A stretch of 64,000 nt of DNA, taken from assembly GCA_963665845.2 (NCBI GenBank), contig OY762492.1, positions 1,664,001 through 1,728,000 of the forward strand. Direction: 5' to 3'. The stretch is from Candidatus Poribacteria bacterium (GTDB lineage: Bacteria > Poribacteria > WGA-4E > GCA-2687025). A program made the position numbers and the translations under genes. Shown one piece after another: positions 48,128-58,973 of this stretch; position 1 is the stretch's first letter, and every line of letters begins with the position of its first letter. The notes beneath the pieces were generated by a model. It made no database searches. It saw nothing but the letters and a program-made list of their open reading frames with translations, and was not told the origin of the DNA.

Positions 48128-49459
48128 TCAGCCTTTCCGCATGGATTCTAAAAACTCTTCGTTCGTTTCCGTTTTGCGCATCTGCTCCTGAAACAGCTCA
48201 ATGCATTCCGCCGGCGGCAGTTTATTCAGGTACTGCCGCAGGACCCAAATCTTATTCAACGCCGCCGGGTCAAGCAACAGCTCCTCGCGCCGCGTCTTCG
48301 ACTGCTTCACATTCAACGGCGGGAAACGGCGCATTTCAAACAGCTCGCGATCGAGATGAATCTCCGAATTCGCCGTCCCTTTAAACTCTTCGTACACATA
48401 CTCGTCCATTCGGCTGCCGGTCTCAACCAGCACCGTCGCGAGTATCGTCAAGCTTCCGCCCTCTTCAAGATTGCGGGCGGCGCCCAAGAAGCGGCGCGGT
48501 CCCATCATGGCGCCGGCGTCGATTCCGCCGGAGAGCGTCTTGCCGGTGTGCGGCGCAATCAGGTTGTAGGCGCGGGCGAGGCGGGTCAGGCTGTCCAGCA
48601 GGACGACCACATCGCCGCCAAATTCCACTTCGCGCTTCGCCCGTTCGATGACAATCTCGGAAACCGCCACGTGCCGATCCGGCGGTTCGTCAAAGGTGGA
48701 GCTGACGACTTCGCCATGGACGGTGCGCTCCATTTCGGTCACTTCTTCAGGCCGTTCGCCGATGAGCAGGACAATCAGTTTCGCCGACGGATGATTTTTT
48801 TCGATGCCGTGGGCGATGTCGCGCAGCAGGTGCGTCTTGCCGCCGAACGGCGGGGCGACAATCAAGGAGCGCTGCCCCGCGCCGACGGGAGCCATCAGGT
48901 CGACGATGCGCGTTGAGAGCGTCGTTCTGGAGGAGGCGAGCGCGAACTGCTGCGTCGGATGAATCGGGGTGAGGTTGTCGTAAAGCGGCGTTTCTTTCAC
49001 CGCTTCAGGCTCCCGCCCGTTCACCGATTCGATCTTCAGGAGGGCGAAAAACCGCTCCCCTTTGTCATGATCGCCGCGCCGCTTCGGGGGGCGTATCGGT
49101 CCGCGCACCACATGCCCTGGACGCAAGCCGTACCGCCGAATTTGCGTCGCGGCGACATAGATGTCCTCTTGGCTCTGGAGGTAGTTGTAGTTGACGGAGC
49201 GCAGGAAGCCGTACTGGTCGGGTAGGATTTCCAGAACGCCTTCGCCTTCCAGCAGTTCGCCGCCTTCGCTTTGCGCCTCCATGATGCGCGCGATGAGGCG
49301 CTGCTTCGGCAGTCCGCTGTATCCGGGGATTTTCAGGTTGCGCGCGATGGCGTAAAGTTCCTGAACCGTCTTTTCATGCAACTGCGTCACATCCAGCCGC
49401 GGCGCGTCCTTTTCATACGTCTCCGGCGACGAAGAACGCCCTCTTTGGTATTTTCTCAT
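48128..49459 (-). CDS. rho: Transcription termination factor Rho
   Basis: [48 protein letters not shown]. Confidence 0.96.
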   Translation of the reverse strand: MRKYQRGRSSSPETYEKDAPRLDVTQLHEKTVQELYAIARNLKIPGYSGLPKQRLIARIMEAQSEGGELLEGEGVLEILPDQYGFLRSVNYNYLQSQEDIYVAATQIRRYGLRPGHVVRGPIRPPKRRGDHDKGERFFALLKIESVNGREPEAVKETPLYDNLTPIHPTQQFALASSRTTLSTRIVDLMAPVGAGQRSLIVAPPFGGKTHLLRDIAHGIEKNHPSAKLIVLLIGERPEEVTEMERTVHGEVVSSTFDEPPDRHVAVSEIVIERAKREVEFGGDVVVLLDSLTRLARAYNLIAPHTGKTLSGGIDAGAMMGPRRFLGAARNLEEGGSLTILATVLVETGSRMDEYVYEEFKGTANSEIHLDRELFEMRRFPPLNVKQSKTRREELLLDPAALNKIWVLRQYLNKLPPAECIELFQEQMRKTETNEEFLESMRKG

Positions 49460-49898
49460 TTCATGTGCCTTGCCTGACGATTGACCTATGTTGAGCGGAA
49501 ACCGCGCGCCGCCGACTGCGGACGCAACACGGAACGGGAATATCCAAAATATGCAGCGAAGCCAAGAAGGGGGCTTCGAGAACGCTCCTGAAGCCTGCCT
49601 GAACATTCAAAACTGAAGCCGATGCGCCAAGTAAAAACGAACGCGCCCTGTCGACCAAGAATAATCATATACCCGCTTTTCGCTGGGGTCAAGCAAAATG
49701 TTCCCTGACCTCATGGCTTTCGTTGGGCATGTCGGCATGACCTCTTACTGCAAGGGCGCGGATTTCTTTCTAGACTCCCCCCTTGAAAAGGGGGGCTGGG
49801 GGGGTTTTTGCAATGCCTTAAGATTCCCGCTTGCGCGGGAATGACGATCCGCCATGCAAATCTTAGTTCAGACAGCGGACGGTTTCGAGGCGGACTCT

Positions 49899-50066
49899 CT
49901 GACCTCACGTCTTAAGTTGGGACATGCCGGCGGGCGAACGCGGACGTCTTCTGAGGCGCCTCTAGATTCCCGCTTACGCGGGAATGACGGTTTGGTTGGC
50001 GGCGCCTTTTTCCCATGAATAGAGCGGTCGTCAGTTCAAATGTCCCAACTTTATGCATGAGGTCAG
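49899..50066 (+). mobile_element. MITE-like element family C, in a repeat-dense intergenic region (49700-50190)
   Basis: TIRs CTGACCTCACGTCTTAAGTTGGGACA / TGTCCCAACTTTATGCATGAGGTCAG. Confidence 0.78.
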
Positions 50067-50313
50067 GGACTCTGGATTCCCGCTTGCGCGGGAATGACGA
50101 TCTGATTGGCGAAGCCTTTTCCCGTCAATATGGACGCGGACAGCGGCTGCAATGCCTTAAGATTCCCGCTTGCGCGGGAATGACAGCATGGACCAATGGG
50201 CCGCCGCGCAAAATGAAATACATCGCATGGGCGTACAACCGCCTAAGATTTCCCTTCAACAAAACCGCCGTTTGCGTTATACTGCCGACACATCTTAAAA
50301 CGATGGGAGTCGC

Positions 50314-51846
50314 ATGGTCGCCGTTATACGCAGCAGCGCTGTCATGGGCGTGGACGCCTTTATTGTGCAGATCGAGACGGACCTCGCCAACGGGCTGCCG
50401 GGCATCACGTTCGCGGGCTTGCCGGACGCGTCGGTGCGCGAAAGCCGCGAGCGCGTCACGGTCGCCATCCGCAATTCAGGCTTCGCCCTGCCGCCCAAAC
50501 GGATCACGGTCAACCTGGCTCCCGCCGACATACGCAAAGAAGGCTCCGCGTTCGACCTCGGCATCGCGCTCTCCATTCTCGGCGCCTCGGAACAGATACG
50601 GATGTCCGCCAGCCATGAGACGCTCGCGCTGGGCGAACTCTCGCTCGAAGGCGCCTTGAGACCGATACGCGGGGCGGTCGCCATCGCCGCGGACGCCGCA
50701 AAACATGGCGTCAAAGCGATCATACTCCCAAAAGAGAACGCCGAAGAAGCCGCTGTCATTGAGGGCATCGACGTGTTCGGCGCCGAAACGCTGGTGGAAG
50801 CGGCGCGGCAATTCAACGACCGCAGCGGTTTTGAACCGACGCATGTCGACCTGGAAAACAAGTTTGACAACTCGGACCGCGCCTTGCCCGATATGGCGGA
50901 TGTGCGCGGACAGGAGCTTGCCAAGAGAGCGTTGGAGGTGGCGGCCGCCGGCGGACACAATATTCTGCTCATCGGTCCGCCGGGTTCCGGCAAGACAATG
51001 CTGGCGAAGCGGCTGCCGTCGATCCTGCCGCGCCTCACCTTTGACGAATCGTTTGAAACGACGAAGATCCATTCCATCGCCGGCGTTTTGGAGCCAGGGT
51101 CGCCGCTGGTGACGACGCGCCCGTTCCGCAGCCCGCACCATTCCACCTCGATGGCGGGTCTCATCGGCGGGGGAAGGATACCGACGCCCGGCGAGATCAG
51201 CCTCGCGCACAACGGCGTGCTGTTCATGGACGAGCTGCCTGAATTCTCTCGAAACGCTCTGGAGGCGCTGCGTCAGCCGTTGGAGAACGGCACCTCTACG
51301 ATTGCCCGCGCTTGGGGGTCGCTCACTTTTCCTTCCCGCGCGATGGTCGTCGCCGCGATGAACCCCTGCCCATGCGGATACTTCGGAGACGCGAAGCGGG
51401 TTTGCTCCTGCTCGCAGTCGTCGCTGACGCGGTATCAGGCGCGCATCAGCGGTCCGCTGCTAGACCGCATCGACCTTCATGTATCCGCGCCCGCCGTTCC
51501 GTTTGAAAAAATGAAAGACCCTGTTGACGGCGAGCCGTCCTCCGAGGCGCGCCAAAGGGTTCAAAAGGCGCGCGACGCCCAGCGGGAACGTTTCAAAAAT
51601 ACGAACATCTACTGCAACGCGATGATGCGCTCAAAGGAGACTCGTCAGACGTGCATTCTGACAGAAGAGGCGGAGGAGGTGTTTGGGGATATTCTCCGCC
51701 GTTTGGGTTTAAGCGGGAGAGGTTATACGCAGATATTAAAGGTGTCTCGAACCATCGCCGACATGCGCCGCTCGGATAAGATTGAGAAGGAGCATATCGC
51801 CGAGGCGGTGCAGTTCCGCTGCCTTGATCGGCAGTATCTCGGCTAG
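50314..51846 (+). CDS. comM: YifB/ComM Mg-chelatase-like AAA+ ATPase
   Basis: ITVNLAPAD, GPPGSGKTMLA, RPFRSPHH, LAHNGVLFMDE, NPCPCG. Confidence 0.93.
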   Translation: MVAVIRSSAVMGVDAFIVQIETDLANGLPGITFAGLPDASVRESRERVTVAIRNSGFALPPKRITVNLAPADIRKEGSAFDLGIALSILGASEQIRMSASHETLALGELSLEGALRPIRGAVAIAADAAKHGVKAIILPKENAEEAAVIEGIDVFGAETLVEAARQFNDRSGFEPTHVDLENKFDNSDRALPDMADVRGQELAKRALEVAAAGGHNILLIGPPGSGKTMLAKRLPSILPRLTFDESFETTKIHSIAGVLEPGSPLVTTRPFRSPHHSTSMAGLIGGGRIPTPGEISLAHNGVLFMDELPEFSRNALEALRQPLENGTSTIARAWGSLTFPSRAMVVAAMNPCPCGYFGDAKRVCSCSQSSLTRYQARISGPLLDRIDLHVSAPAVPFEKMKDPVDGEPSSEARQRVQKARDAQRERFKNTNIYCNAMMRSKETRQTCILTEEAEEVFGDILRRLGLSGRGYTQILKVSRTIADMRRSDKIEKEHIAEAVQFRCLDRQYLG

Positions 51847-52005
51847 CCCCGCGCCTTCTTTCATATCGTCATTCACGCGCAAGCCATGTCCTTGTGAAAA
51901 CGGGGAACAGGGAGGAAATCTTAAAAGCAAGCGTCCAAAGCCTTTTCAGAAAAAACTGCTAAAAAACGACGCCCTCGTACATCATAGGTGTAGAAAGGCA
52001 GACGC

Positions 52006-53193
52006 ATGAACATGAAAACGACCGACCCGTTCAACTTTGACGCCGCCGCCCTCTCGCAGATGGAGAATATCCGACGCATCGGTTTGCGCCGCCTGCGCAA
52101 CCGAAACGAGATTGACGACTTCGTACAAGAGACGCTGCTGCGCGCTTACGCCAAACGCGAACAACTGCGCGACGAGGAGAAGTTTGACCGGTGGGTCGCC
52201 GTCATCGCGCGGAATCTAGCCGCTGAATGGAACCGTAGAAGGCGCGAGGACTCTATCGACGAAATTCCCGAAACGCCCGACTTTAGAACGCCCCATGACG
52301 CTCTAGAGGAAGCGGAGGAACGGGCGCGGCTCCACAAAGCGATGGGGCGTCTCAACGAGGACGACAGGGAAATGCTGCGCGCCCGTTATTTTGACGAGGC
52401 GTCGTATGAGGAACTTCAAGAGCGGCATGGGTTGTCCTATTCAGCGGTCGGCTTTCGTCTTCATCGGGCGAAGGCGCGTCTGCGCAAACTGCTCGCATCA
52501 ACCGCCGCCGCGTTTCTTGCCGCCTTCGCTGGGCTTGGACGCGCGGCATGGGGAGGAACACTGCTCATGACCAAAACAACGAAAATCGCCGTCGGAGCCG
52601 CCGCCGTCGCCGCGGGCGTCTTGATTGGCGGATACATCTGGATCAACAGCGCCGATGAAAAAACTGACGCGCCGAACGACAACCCCTTGACGATTGAAGA
52701 GCAAAGCCCGCGCATCGCTCCGCTTTCCGGTCAAAAATCGACCGACAGCCAGAGCGGGACCGAACGCGCGAATCGTCCGTCTGAAGCGGTTGAATCCCGC
52801 GGCGACTCCGACGCGCCGGCGCCGAGCTCCGATGTCGAATCTCAAACGGCTGACTCCATCGGCGAAACCGAGACTTCCGATGCGCCGGCGCCGGACAGCG
52901 AAGCGATCAACGCCGAGACGAAGAGCGGCGCGGAAGTTTATGAACCTCCCATGCGCTATCGATACGACGGTATGGATATTGTCGCTGACGTCGAAGTGCC
53001 GTATGAACTTGCCCTAAACGGCGGCAAAGTGCATTACAAACATCCCGACGGCAGCATGTCATGGACGGTCGAATTCCCTGCCGGGTCGCTTTTAAAGCAT
53101 CCCAAACAATTTCTCACGGAGGAGGGGTTAGGTCTCACCGACGGGGACAAAACAGGCGATTTCATCGTCGGCATTACGGTCGGCGGCAAATAA
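52006..53193 (+). CDS. ECF sigma factor fused to TM helix and extracytoplasmic domain (1 of 5)
   Basis: DDFVQETLLRAY (region 2), SYEEL...VGFRLHRAKARL (region 4), hydrophobic helix; the C-terminus resembles a DnaJ C-terminal domain. Confidence 0.88.
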   Translation: MNMKTTDPFNFDAAALSQMENIRRIGLRRLRNRNEIDDFVQETLLRAYAKREQLRDEEKFDRWVAVIARNLAAEWNRRRREDSIDEIPETPDFRTPHDALEEAEERARLHKAMGRLNEDDREMLRARYFDEASYEELQERHGLSYSAVGFRLHRAKARLRKLLASTAAAFLAAFAGLGRAAWGGTLLMTKTTKIAVGAAAVAAGVLIGGYIWINSADEKTDAPNDNPLTIEEQSPRIAPLSGQKSTDSQSGTERANRPSEAVESRGDSDAPAPSSDVESQTADSIGETETSDAPAPDSEAINAETKSGAEVYEPPMRYRYDGMDIVADVEVPYELALNGGKVHYKHPDGSMSWTVEFPAGSLLKHPKQFLTEEGLGLTDGDKTGDFIVGITVGGK

Positions 53194-53198
53194 GTTCT

Positions 53199-53366
53199 CT
53201 GATCTCATACCTAAAGTGGAGACGTTTAAATAGACGATGGCTCTATTCATGGGAAAAAGGCGCCGCAAACCAGGCCGTCATTCCCGCGCAAGCGGGAATC
53301 CAGAGTCTACCCCGAAGCCGTTCGCGTTCACAACCAGAATTGTCCCGACTCTAAGGGCGAGGTCAG
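53199..53366 (-). mobile_element. MITE-like element family C, reverse diverged copy
   Basis: Degenerate TIRs, internal family A hairpin. Confidence 0.65.
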
Positions 53367-53444
53367 GGACTCCCGCTGCCTTTTTCTGCAAAAGCGCTAA
53401 AATACGGAGCGCCCATTCGTCATATAGTGTAGAAAGGCAGGCGT

Positions 53445-54761
53445 ATGAAAGCGAAGCGACCGTTCAACTTTGACGAAGCCGCCCTCTCGCAGATGGAGAA
53501 CATCCGCCGCATCGGTCTGCGCCGCCTGCGCAACCGAAACGAGATTGACGACTTCGTCCAAGAGACGCTGCTGCGCGCTTACGCCAAACGCGACCAGCTG
53601 CGCGACGAAACGAAGTTTGACCGCTGGATCGCCGCCATTGCGAACAACTTGGCGCGCGACTGGAACAGCGCATTTTACCGCAAGGGTCAAGAAGAGCCGA
53701 TCGATGAGCTGCCCGATATACCTGACGAGAGAACGCCGCATGACATCCTAGAGCAAGAGGAAGAGCGGCGGGAACTCCATCAAGCGATGGGCAGGCTCAA
53801 CGAGGACGATCGGGAAATGCTGCGCGCCCGTTATTTTGAGGACGCTTCATATGGGGAGCTTCAGCAGAAATATGGGTTGTCCTATTCGGCGGTCGGCTTT
53901 CGTCTGCATCGCGCGAAGGCGCGCCTGAAAAAGATATTGACATCAACCGCCGCCGCGTTCATTGCCGTCTTCGGGGGCATGCAACGCTCGGCATGGGGAG
54001 GCATATTGATCATGACGAAAACAACGAAAATCATCGTCGGCGCTGCCGTTGCCGCCGCAGGAATTCTGATTGGCGGGTATCTCTGGCTCAACGCCGGCGC
54101 GGAGCCTGAATCTGCCGAGAGCGCGTTGACAATCGAAGAGCAAAGCCCGCGCTTGAAACCGCTCTCTGCGGTGAAATCGACCGGCGGCGAGAGCGCGTCC
54201 GACGGCGCAAGCGATCAATCCGAGGCTGTCCAAATCGACAGCGAAGCGTCCGCGGCGCCGCAGGTCTCCAACGCCGACCTGGAAACGACAGAGGCGGCGT
54301 CCGTTGAAACGGAAACGGAAGAAGACGCCGAGGAGGCGGATAAGCAAGCGGCGATCGCTGCCTTCATAGCGTTTGAGGATGCGATGATGGCGTTAGATAT
54401 AGAAAAAGCGCTGAGCATGGCGCGCGGCCAAGCGCATGCTGTCCTAGACACGCTTGCGCAAACGCTTGCTACTAGGGGCGATGCAAATATCACGACCCCG
54501 CCGCCGGAGCAGCGGCTGGGCCATAAGTTTGTCTATGCGGACGGCGAGCTGCGCGCCACATCCAACGGCGACAACGTAGATGTCCCTGTCATCCTGCGCA
54601 AAACGGACGGCAAATGGTATGTGGAATCGATACCTGCATTCGTTTCCGTATCCAAAACGATCAGGGATGAGCAAGGGAACGTTCTGGAACATGTCGACAC
54701 AGGGGAACTTCCCTTGACCCCTGAAAACATTGAGTTGACCGAGAAAATCTCGGAACGTTGA
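53445..54761 (+). CDS. TM-fused ECF sigma factor (2 of 5)
   Basis: Same sigma2/sigma4/TM layout, different C-terminal domain. Confidence 0.88.
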   Translation: MKAKRPFNFDEAALSQMENIRRIGLRRLRNRNEIDDFVQETLLRAYAKRDQLRDETKFDRWIAAIANNLARDWNSAFYRKGQEEPIDELPDIPDERTPHDILEQEEERRELHQAMGRLNEDDREMLRARYFEDASYGELQQKYGLSYSAVGFRLHRAKARLKKILTSTAAAFIAVFGGMQRSAWGGILIMTKTTKIIVGAAVAAAGILIGGYLWLNAGAEPESAESALTIEEQSPRLKPLSAVKSTGGESASDGASDQSEAVQIDSEASAAPQVSNADLETTEAASVETETEEDAEEADKQAAIAAFIAFEDAMMALDIEKALSMARGQAHAVLDTLAQTLATRGDANITTPPPEQRLGHKFVYADGELRATSNGDNVDVPVILRKTDGKWYVESIPAFVSVSKTIRDEQGNVLEHVDTGELPLTPENIELTEKISER

Positions 54762-55928
54762 ATGAAAACGCAGCGACCGTTCAACTTTGACGAAGCCGCC
54801 CTCTCGCAGATGGAGAACATCCGCCGCATCGGTATGCGCCGCCTGCATAACCGAAGCGAGATCGACGACTTCGTCCAAGAAACGCTGCTGCGCGCTTACG
54901 CCAAACGCGACCAGCTGCGCGACGAGACGAAGTTTGACCGCTGGATCGCCGCCATCGCAAACAACCTGGCGCGCGATTGGAACAGCGCATTTTACCGCAA
55001 AGGGCGGGAAGAGCCGATCGATGAGCTGCCCGACATACCGGACGAGAGAACGCCGCATGACATCCTAGAGCGAGAAGAGGAGCGGCGGGAACTCCATCAG
55101 GCGATGGGCAGGCTCAACGAAGACGACAGGGAGATGCTGCGCGCCCGTTATTTTGAAGACGCCTCGTATCAGGAGCTTCAAGAGCGGCATGGGCTGTCCT
55201 ATTCGGCGGTCGGCTTTCGTCTGCATCGCGCAAAGGCGCGCCTGAAAAAGATATTGACATCAACCGCCGCCGCGTTCATTGCCGCCTTCGCAGGTATGAA
55301 ACGCGCGGCATGGGGAGGCGTACTGCTCATGACAAAAACAACAACGATTGCCGTTGGAACCGCCATTGTCGTTGCAGGCATCCTGACAGGCGGATACATC
55401 TGGATCAACAGCGCCGGCGAAGAGACCAACGCGCCGAACGACAGCCCCTTGACGATCGAAGAGCAAAGCCCCCGCATCACGCCGCTTTCCAATCAGAAGT
55501 CAACCAGCGGCATACCTTCCACCGAAACGGCGCCCAACGCCGACGCCTCCAACCCATCTGAACATACGCAAACGGACAGCGGCGAAGGCGCAAACGCCGA
55601 TATGGAGCCATCGACAGAGGCGCTGTCTGAAACGATCCCTTCCGAGGTCGTTGACGATGTCCAGAATCCCAAAGAAACGACCGTTCAAAACGCGGAGGAG
55701 TCTAACATGACACAACAAGACCTGCTGGACACATACGCATTCTGGGAGTCCACGGACACTATCAAATATCTTGGAATTTGGCGAGGAGACAGGGTGTCAA
55801 ATAACTTTGAAACCGTTCTGGATGACGGAACCATCCTCAAATACTGGCGTGACGAGAAAGGCGATATCATTCGTGAAACGACACATCCAGACGGCGCAGT
55901 AGAAACGACGATTGTCGTACTTCAGTAA
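54762..55928 (+). CDS. TM-fused ECF sigma factor (3 of 5)
   Basis: Sigma part near-identical to copy 2; unrelated C-terminus. Confidence 0.88.
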   Translation: MKTQRPFNFDEAALSQMENIRRIGMRRLHNRSEIDDFVQETLLRAYAKRDQLRDETKFDRWIAAIANNLARDWNSAFYRKGREEPIDELPDIPDERTPHDILEREEERRELHQAMGRLNEDDREMLRARYFEDASYQELQERHGLSYSAVGFRLHRAKARLKKILTSTAAAFIAAFAGMKRAAWGGVLLMTKTTTIAVGTAIVVAGILTGGYIWINSAGEETNAPNDSPLTIEEQSPRITPLSNQKSTSGIPSTETAPNADASNPSEHTQTDSGEGANADMEPSTEALSETIPSEVVDDVQNPKETTVQNAEESNMTQQDLLDTYAFWESTDTIKYLGIWRGDRVSNNFETVLDDGTILKYWRDEKGDIIRETTHPDGAVETTIVVLQ

Positions 55929-56035
55929 GCGAAATGCGCGGTGGGATGAACGATGCGCCGTCCGCCCCGCAGCGCTATCATAAACAAACATCATGAAGCG
56001 CAGCGCCGGCGGCTAACGGAAAGAGAGAGACAGCG

Positions 56036-56518
56036 ATGGCAAATTGGAAACAGCGGTTCACACGCGGCAAGAAAAAAACGGGAACCAACTGGACAAGCAG
56101 CGAACATTCTTCAGAAAAGGCTTTCGAAAGCTCCAAATCCGGCGGCATCTTCAAAGCCTCCACAACCTTTGAATTCAAAAAACCTGACGGGATCGAAAAG
56201 ATCGACATGCGCGCTCCGTATCTTTCGGAGTTCGGCGGTCCCATCCGCGGCTCTGTTCGCATTGAGCGTCATGGCGGCGGCGAAGTCCGCATCTCCATGA
56301 AAGGAGCCTTGGAGTGCGGCAACGAGAACGAGGAGGGAGAAAAGTTCTTTGAACAGATCATCCCAAACGTTGAGGCTGACGGCAATACGGCGGAGCTTCA
56401 ACATGCGTTCGCCGAGTTGACAGAGCTTCCAGAGCATATCCGATCGGTCAGCATCGATTTTGAAGTCCGCGCGCCTGAAAACGTGGAGATCGCGCTTTCT
56501 GAAAAGGCGCCCGACTAA
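56036..56518 (+). CDS. Hypothetical protein
   Basis: 160-aa ORF with purine-rich RBS and protein-like composition. Confidence 0.6.
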   Translation: MANWKQRFTRGKKKTGTNWTSSEHSSEKAFESSKSGGIFKASTTFEFKKPDGIEKIDMRAPYLSEFGGPIRGSVRIERHGGGEVRISMKGALECGNENEEGEKFFEQIIPNVEADGNTAELQHAFAELTELPEHIRSVSIDFEVRAPENVEIALSEKAPD

Positions 56519-57147
56519 ATCGGCAAAACGCGCCGCGTCCAATTCCCCTTGAAAAGGGGGTTAGGGGGGTTTAAAGGGCGGGATGACGGTTTTGCTGGGA
56601 CTCTGGATTCCCGCTTGCGCGGGAATGACGACCAGTGGCGCGAACGCTCTAGGGTCAAATGAAATCCCCGCATGGGCGTACCGCCGGGCGCGATGAATGA
56701 TGCGCTGTCCGCCCCGTAGCGCCATTATAAACAAACATCATGAAGCGCAGCGTCGACGGCTAACGGAAAGCGAGCCGTTGAAAAAAATCGCCTCAAACTG
56801 CAATGTTTATGCGGCTCAATCGTATAACGTTATGAATGCGGACGAGACGCTTGTATTCGGCAAGAGAGGTTGCGGCAAAGATCGTGAATGAACGCAGGAA
56901 AACGAACGGGACGCAGAAACGGAATCGCAAGGCTTTTGCCAAAGATGCGGGATTGGTCGGTCGCGTCGGCTCTCCTGCAGATTTTTGCCATGTTCGACCG
57001 ATGGCGTCCGGTTGCGGAAGTGCTGACGCTGAAACCGACGACAATCACGACAGACAATCATGCGCGAACAGACGCGCAACATACAAACGCAAACCGCGTT
57101 GGGCGACCAAAGGCGCGGCGAAGCAAAACACTGAGAGGAACCGACGA

Positions 57148-57882
57148 ATGAAACGAATCCTGAACGCCCTGACGACGAAACTTGCCGGACGAGTCAACCC
57201 TTTCCTGAACATCCCGAGTCGTAAACATTTCAACATCCGCAGTCTTCTCATTTTGGTCTCTGCTGTTTTTGTGATTGGGCTGGCCACCCCGCATTCTGCC
57301 CGTTCATCTGGCTTTTACTTCCCCCGTTACGCCTCAGCATCCGTATCCCAAAGCAAGACATGGCTCGGTAAGCCGATTCCGTGCGAATTGACAGCAAAAG
57401 CTCGGGCGGGAGGCAACCACGGTTGGCATCAGGCGATATGGAAATTGATCATACCCGTAGTTAATCACACCCATGAGGGAAGCTATTTTGCAATGGCAAG
57501 CGTCGCAGGTAACGTTAGCATGACAAAACATTCTTGGGGGGTTTGGCCGTGGAGAAAAACTGTGTATGGTCCAAGGACATATAAATTTTCTGTGGGGCCA
57601 AACCCTCCTCCAGCTCCTTGGATTCTCAACTTCCGTACGTCTGTCCGCGAATCGGGAGATGCCTGTATCGGAGGTAGCGCAATTGCAACAACTTCTGACA
57701 ACATTGAAACTCCGAGTACGCTAGCAGATTCTGATAGCGGAAACGACCCCGACTGTTGCGACCCTTCCCCTCCACCAGGCAGCTCTAGTTCTTCTTCATC
57801 TTCGGGTCATGGGGAGACCGGCTCTGTTTACTGGGCAGATCGATGGGCGTCTGCTGTCCCATTTGCCCCAACTACTTACTGA
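57148..57882 (+). CDS. Hypothetical secreted protein (lower GC)
   Basis: GAGAGG RBS, signal-like segment ending in ARS, Ser/Pro-rich tail. Confidence 0.6.
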   Translation: MKRILNALTTKLAGRVNPFLNIPSRKHFNIRSLLILVSAVFVIGLATPHSARSSGFYFPRYASASVSQSKTWLGKPIPCELTAKARAGGNHGWHQAIWKLIIPVVNHTHEGSYFAMASVAGNVSMTKHSWGVWPWRKTVYGPRTYKFSVGPNPPPAPWILNFRTSVRESGDACIGGSAIATTSDNIETPSTLADSDSGNDPDCCDPSPPPGSSSSSSSSGHGETGSVYWADRWASAVPFAPTTY

Positions 57883-57896
57883 TGAAAGGTCGGCAG

Positions 57897-58973
57897 ATGT
57901 CCAAGAGCCGAGGATACTACATCGCCATTCCGTTTTTCCTGATCAGTCTGGCGATACTCCTTTATGTTCTGGTTTTAGACAGGGCGCCTAAAGTTCCCGC
58001 TAACGCAAGCAGCGGCGTGTCGCAGCAGACGGTTGCTGAACCAAACGCTTCGTCCCGTTCCCTCGCAAGCGGACGCAGCGGAGCGGCGTTAGAATCCAGT
58101 CTAGAGTCGCCTGTCCAGAGCGCGTCGGGCAGCTCCGATCATACGCACGACGCGTCAGGCAGACATGAGCATGGCGCGTCTGACGGCCTTCCGAGTTATG
58201 CGTACCGTCCCAAAACGCCGACCGACATGTCGCGCGAGGAGCGCGTCCAACGATACAAGGAGCTCTTGGAGAGCCAGTATGATCATCCAAATGCGGTCGG
58301 AGCGATCGCCTTAGGAGGTCGCACTTTCGAGATGATCCCGAACACGGCGTATCGTCTGTTAGAGTACGGGTTCAATGAGAAGGGATATATTTACTACACG
58401 GAAGAAATTTTTGGAACCTACGTTCCGCTTGAAGACGGACGCATTAGCCCAGGAACCCGCGTGATAGATTTGGACGAAAATCTTGAGGTTGTTAGGGAAT
58501 TCACTTCGACCGGAGACGAGATGACTGAGGAGGAGGTCTGGTCGTTTCTGCAATTCTTAGCCGATGAGGAGCATATTCCCGAACTAGCCGCGCCGCGCGG
58601 CGTTCATGCAAACGACCCGCCGCACCTAGAATCGTCGCGTTCTATTCCAGCGCCGCAGGATCCACATCAAAGCGGCGAGACAAACCCTTTGCCCGTCAAG
58701 GCGGATCGCCCCGACAGCCCTGTTGATGTATCAACGCGGGAACAAGAGCAGATGTTGCGCGCTGTCATGGAGCTTGTGTTCGTCGCGCAAGGCGGCGACA
58801 TGGAAGCGGGCATTCTGGAGCTTCGCCGCTCTGATCCGGAAACGATGGAGCTGCTGGAGCGGCATTTGGGATCGCTTGAGGCGGTCATGGAGCGTGTTCA
58901 CTCTGCGCGGCAGATCAGAAAAGCAGAGAAAGAGGAAGATCTGCTGCGTCAACATAACTCGGAGACTCAATGA
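57897..58973 (+). CDS. Hypothetical membrane-anchored protein
   Basis: N-terminal TM, Ser-rich linker; alternative start 57882. Confidence 0.65.
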   Translation: MSKSRGYYIAIPFFLISLAILLYVLVLDRAPKVPANASSGVSQQTVAEPNASSRSLASGRSGAALESSLESPVQSASGSSDHTHDASGRHEHGASDGLPSYAYRPKTPTDMSREERVQRYKELLESQYDHPNAVGAIALGGRTFEMIPNTAYRLLEYGFNEKGYIYYTEEIFGTYVPLEDGRISPGTRVIDLDENLEVVREFTSTGDEMTEEEVWSFLQFLADEEHIPELAAPRGVHANDPPHLESSRSIPAPQDPHQSGETNPLPVKADRPDSPVDVSTREQEQMLRAVMELVFVAQGGDMEAGILELRRSDPETMELLERHLGSLEAVMERVHSARQIRKAEKEEDLLRQHNSETQ

